DNA of 64,000 nt from Octopus sinensis (Eukaryota). The position numbers and the translations under genes were made by a program. Shown piece by piece: positions 61,220 to 64,000 of this stretch. Numbering within the stretch: position 1 is the first letter of the stretch; each line of letters starts with the position of its first letter. The notes below the pieces were generated by a model. That model made no database searches and was not told where the DNA came from. It saw nothing but the letters and a program-made list of their open reading frames with translations. The stretch spans positions 33,914,001 to 33,978,000 of the forward strand of contig NC_043008.1 in assembly GCF_006345805.1 (NCBI RefSeq). The letters run 5' to 3'.

Positions 61220-62215
61220 CTTCGTAACACAGTGAAGATAAAAATTTACCGGAGTCTTTAGTCATCTGTCAAGTCACGACAAGGACTTCAGATAGATAAT
61301 ACTTTCCTTAAGATGTGCACTGTGCCCAATAAGGCTGCTTTTTGCAAAACATCAATTTTGCATGGGATTTCCAGTTACCTTAAGAAGTTTTGAAGTTTCA
61401 ATGAAATTGAGCCCGAAGCTCCGATCACCACTGGTTTCACTTTTACATTATCCTTTCGCATTCTATATAGTCTTGCCATTTCCACTTTCAATTCGGGGTA
61501 CTTGGTGATTTTTAAAACTTCTTTACACACAACATTCATGTCGTTTGTTATGGTTACATCAATAATCTAACAGTATTTGTTTCTATTATTGAATATGATA
61601 ATATCCGGCCGACAGTGTTCGATTACACGATTCGACTGAAAATCACAGTCCCAGAGTATCGTTAATTTTCCATTCTCCTGCATAACTTTACTCGGTACAT
61701 GCTCATACCAGTTCTCTTTTGATTTGCGTAATCTGCAATGGGAATCTATTTGGATTTTGTCTACCTTGACTTTTATCCGATTAGTCCTTAATGCTTGATC
61801 TTGTGCAACTGCTTTCTGTCTCCCTCTTCAGCTTTCCGTTCTGCAACCATAACCATGTTTCACTACTACTGTTTGCTGCAATTATCTTTGGGAATCTATC
61901 ATGCAATGCCTTCTCCTGCCAGTCAGAAAACTTCTGTTCTTCTTCTTGGTTTTTAACTTCGTTTGGGTTTTTGGTTTCCCTATGTCTTACTGTGACTCTA
62001 ACAGCTTTTAATAAACTTTCTTCACTATTACCTACGTAGGAGTCTATATTTAACCTAGCTAACTCCGTGCAGTCTTCTACTGATTTTAACCCTCTTTTAT
62101 ATTCCTTTCTAGGTAGGCATAATCTTTCTATTCCTGCCCTTGGGTCGAGTCCTCCATTCATATTGAATTCTTTCCTAGTTCTTCTGTCTAACTTTGCTAA
62201 TTCAGTTTCTGTTCG
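61220..62215 (-). mobile_element. Old R4/Dong-like 3' fragment, a different family from the 42-50 kb copies
   Basis: ERLCLPRKE..GL, WQEKALH, WLWLQNGKLKRETE, ILWD..RPDIII, QKAALLGTVHILRKVL; ends in (TAA)4. Confidence 0.75.
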
Positions 62216-62219
62216 ATCT

Positions 62220-63240
62220 GTAGAAAAGGTGTAGGTAAAAACTCCATAAGATGTACCCAGTGTAAGCTATGGACACATAAGAGGTGCAACAATATCAGAG
62301 AAAGGTTAACAGGGGAAGTAGCTTCTGTGTAGGAGACACCCAGGTACAATAAACACCAAAACTGTACAGAAAATAGACTCCATCAACTGCTAGGTGGGTA
62401 AGAGAGAGGTAATTGATAGCTTCCTTTATCTAGGTGACCAAGTTAGTTGCGGAGGTGGATGCTCTGAGAATAAGGATTAGTTGGGCAAAGTCCAGAGAGC
62501 TCCTACCGCTGTGGCAACAAAGGGCCTCTCCCTCAGAGTGAAAGGCAATTTGTATGATGCCTGTATGTGAACAGCTATGCTACACAGCAGTGAAATATTG
62601 GCTGTGACAGCCAAGGACATGCGTAAGCTTGAAAGAAATGAAACCAGTATGCTTCGCTGGATGCGCAATGTCAAGGTGCATGTTCGACAGAGTGTTTTGA
62701 GAGAAAAGTTGGGCATATGAGACATCATATGTTGTGTGTAAGAGAGCTGACTGCACTGATATGGTTATGTGATGCATATAGATGAAGACAGCTGTGTAAA
62801 GAAATACCAATCACTGACTGTTGAGGGAACCTGTGGTAGAGGTAGACCCAGGAAGATATGGGATAAGGTGGAGAAGCACGGTTTTCACACTTTGGGCATC
62901 ACTGAGGCAATGACTAGTGACTGAGACCTTTAGTGATATGCTGTGCTTGAGAAGACCTGTCAAGCGAAATGAAATCATAGCGATGACTGATGCTGGTGTC
63001 ACATAACTGGCCCCCATGCCAGTGGCATGTAAAAAAAGCACCTTTTAAGCATGGCATATGGAAAGCTCTTTCCAAGCATTAGGCCTCATGGAGGCAATGA
63101 TGACTGACCGAGACCTTTGGAATTATGTTGTTCTTGAGAAGAAGACACATCAAGCCAAGTAAAATCAGACTGGAGTGTAGTGTAGCCTTCCAGCTTGCCA
63201 GCCCTGGTTAAACAGTCCAACCCATGCCAACATGGGCATG
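62220..63240 (+). mobile_element. 3' fragment of the PHD-containing RTE family
   Basis: CTQCKLWTHKRC, LHSSEILA, KLERNE, RGRPRK; 3' UTR similar to the reverse complement of 54700-55150. Confidence 0.8.
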
Positions 63241-63779
63241 ATTATATATATAAATGTTAGAACTTACTGTGGACAAGGTTGCATGGCGTTTGATTATAAA
63301 TAAATAAAAAGTATTCATGAAGTACAGGACATCACCAATGAGTGAAAAATATGTAAACAAACTAGAGATAAGTACAGGACAAAATGCCAAAAGAAGGTAA
63401 CACTCCTCATCAGTTGCTGACTGTTTTACTACTCCCTATTTCGTGCTTTCCATGACAAGATAGGAAAACTTTATGCACAGCAGCATCCAGAAATTTTTGA
63501 AATATAAAATTTGTGAAGAGTTAGGGTTTTGAACGAACGAACAACAACAGAGTGGATGTACAGAGTAAACAATCAACAAAGACAACTATTAAGGGCCATT
63601 AGTTAAAATGTACAGAAAACAAAAGACAAAGACAAGTGACAGCACAACAAGTATTATTATGATGCTTGGGAAAATTGTGTGCATATGAGAGTATGTGTGT
63701 GTATGTGTATAAGTAACACAGTGCATGCACTATGTGGAGTGGTGTTTGTTCTGTGTATTTATGTATACATAAAGACCGT

Positions 63780-64000
63780 CTAAAAACAACTTGGATGCAT
63801 CCCTGGTCCAAACATTGGTATCTACTTGACTATGTGCTTGTACGCCAGCGGGATCTGAAAGACGTTTCACACACAAGAGTGATGCCCAGTGCAGAGTGCC
63901 ACACTGACCATCGCCTTGTCCACTGCAAGCTCAAACTGCAGTTAGAACCCAAATCCAAGAAGAAAGGTAACCCCATAAAGAAACTCAATGTCGACAGCTT
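63780..64000 (+). mobile_element. RTE/BovB-like APE C-terminal fragment running off the window end
   Basis: Manual translation KTTWMHPWSKHWYLLDYVLVRQRD...ECHTDHRLV. Confidence 0.8.

Overview
AT-rich eukaryotic DNA that is almost entirely repeats. The SINE, microsatellite and LINE content resembles an octopus or other coleoid cephalopod genome (inference from recognised repeat types, not verified). One host gene is supportable. Three phase-compatible exons on + (5357-5464, 10461-10527, 13031-13472) splice into the C-terminal 205 aa of a single-pass membrane protein: a Ser/Thr-rich stalk, a TM helix, a basic stop-transfer patch and a 147-aa tail with three YxN and two YxxM motifs. Its ectodomain exons were not found in the window. 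The rest is mobile DNA: two closely related R4/Dong-clade retrotransposons embedded in (TAA)n (42.3-50 kb) plus older Dong-like fragments; four copies of a ~550-bp non-coding (TAA)n-associated element; an internally deleted Helitron with both ends; a two-LTR gag-less Gypsy and a second decayed Gypsy; a CR1-type LINE nested in a SINE; RTE fragments (two with an internal PHD-like finger); mariner and MITE derivatives; Penelope remnants; and two SINE families. Four hammerhead-ribozyme-like motifs cluster at 20.6-22.1 kb, one with a compensatory G3-C8 core. A ~1.1-kb foldback element carrying TTAGGG repeats lies at 57.6-58.7 kb. All calls were made by eye. Repeat boundaries are approximate unless terminal motifs are quoted.
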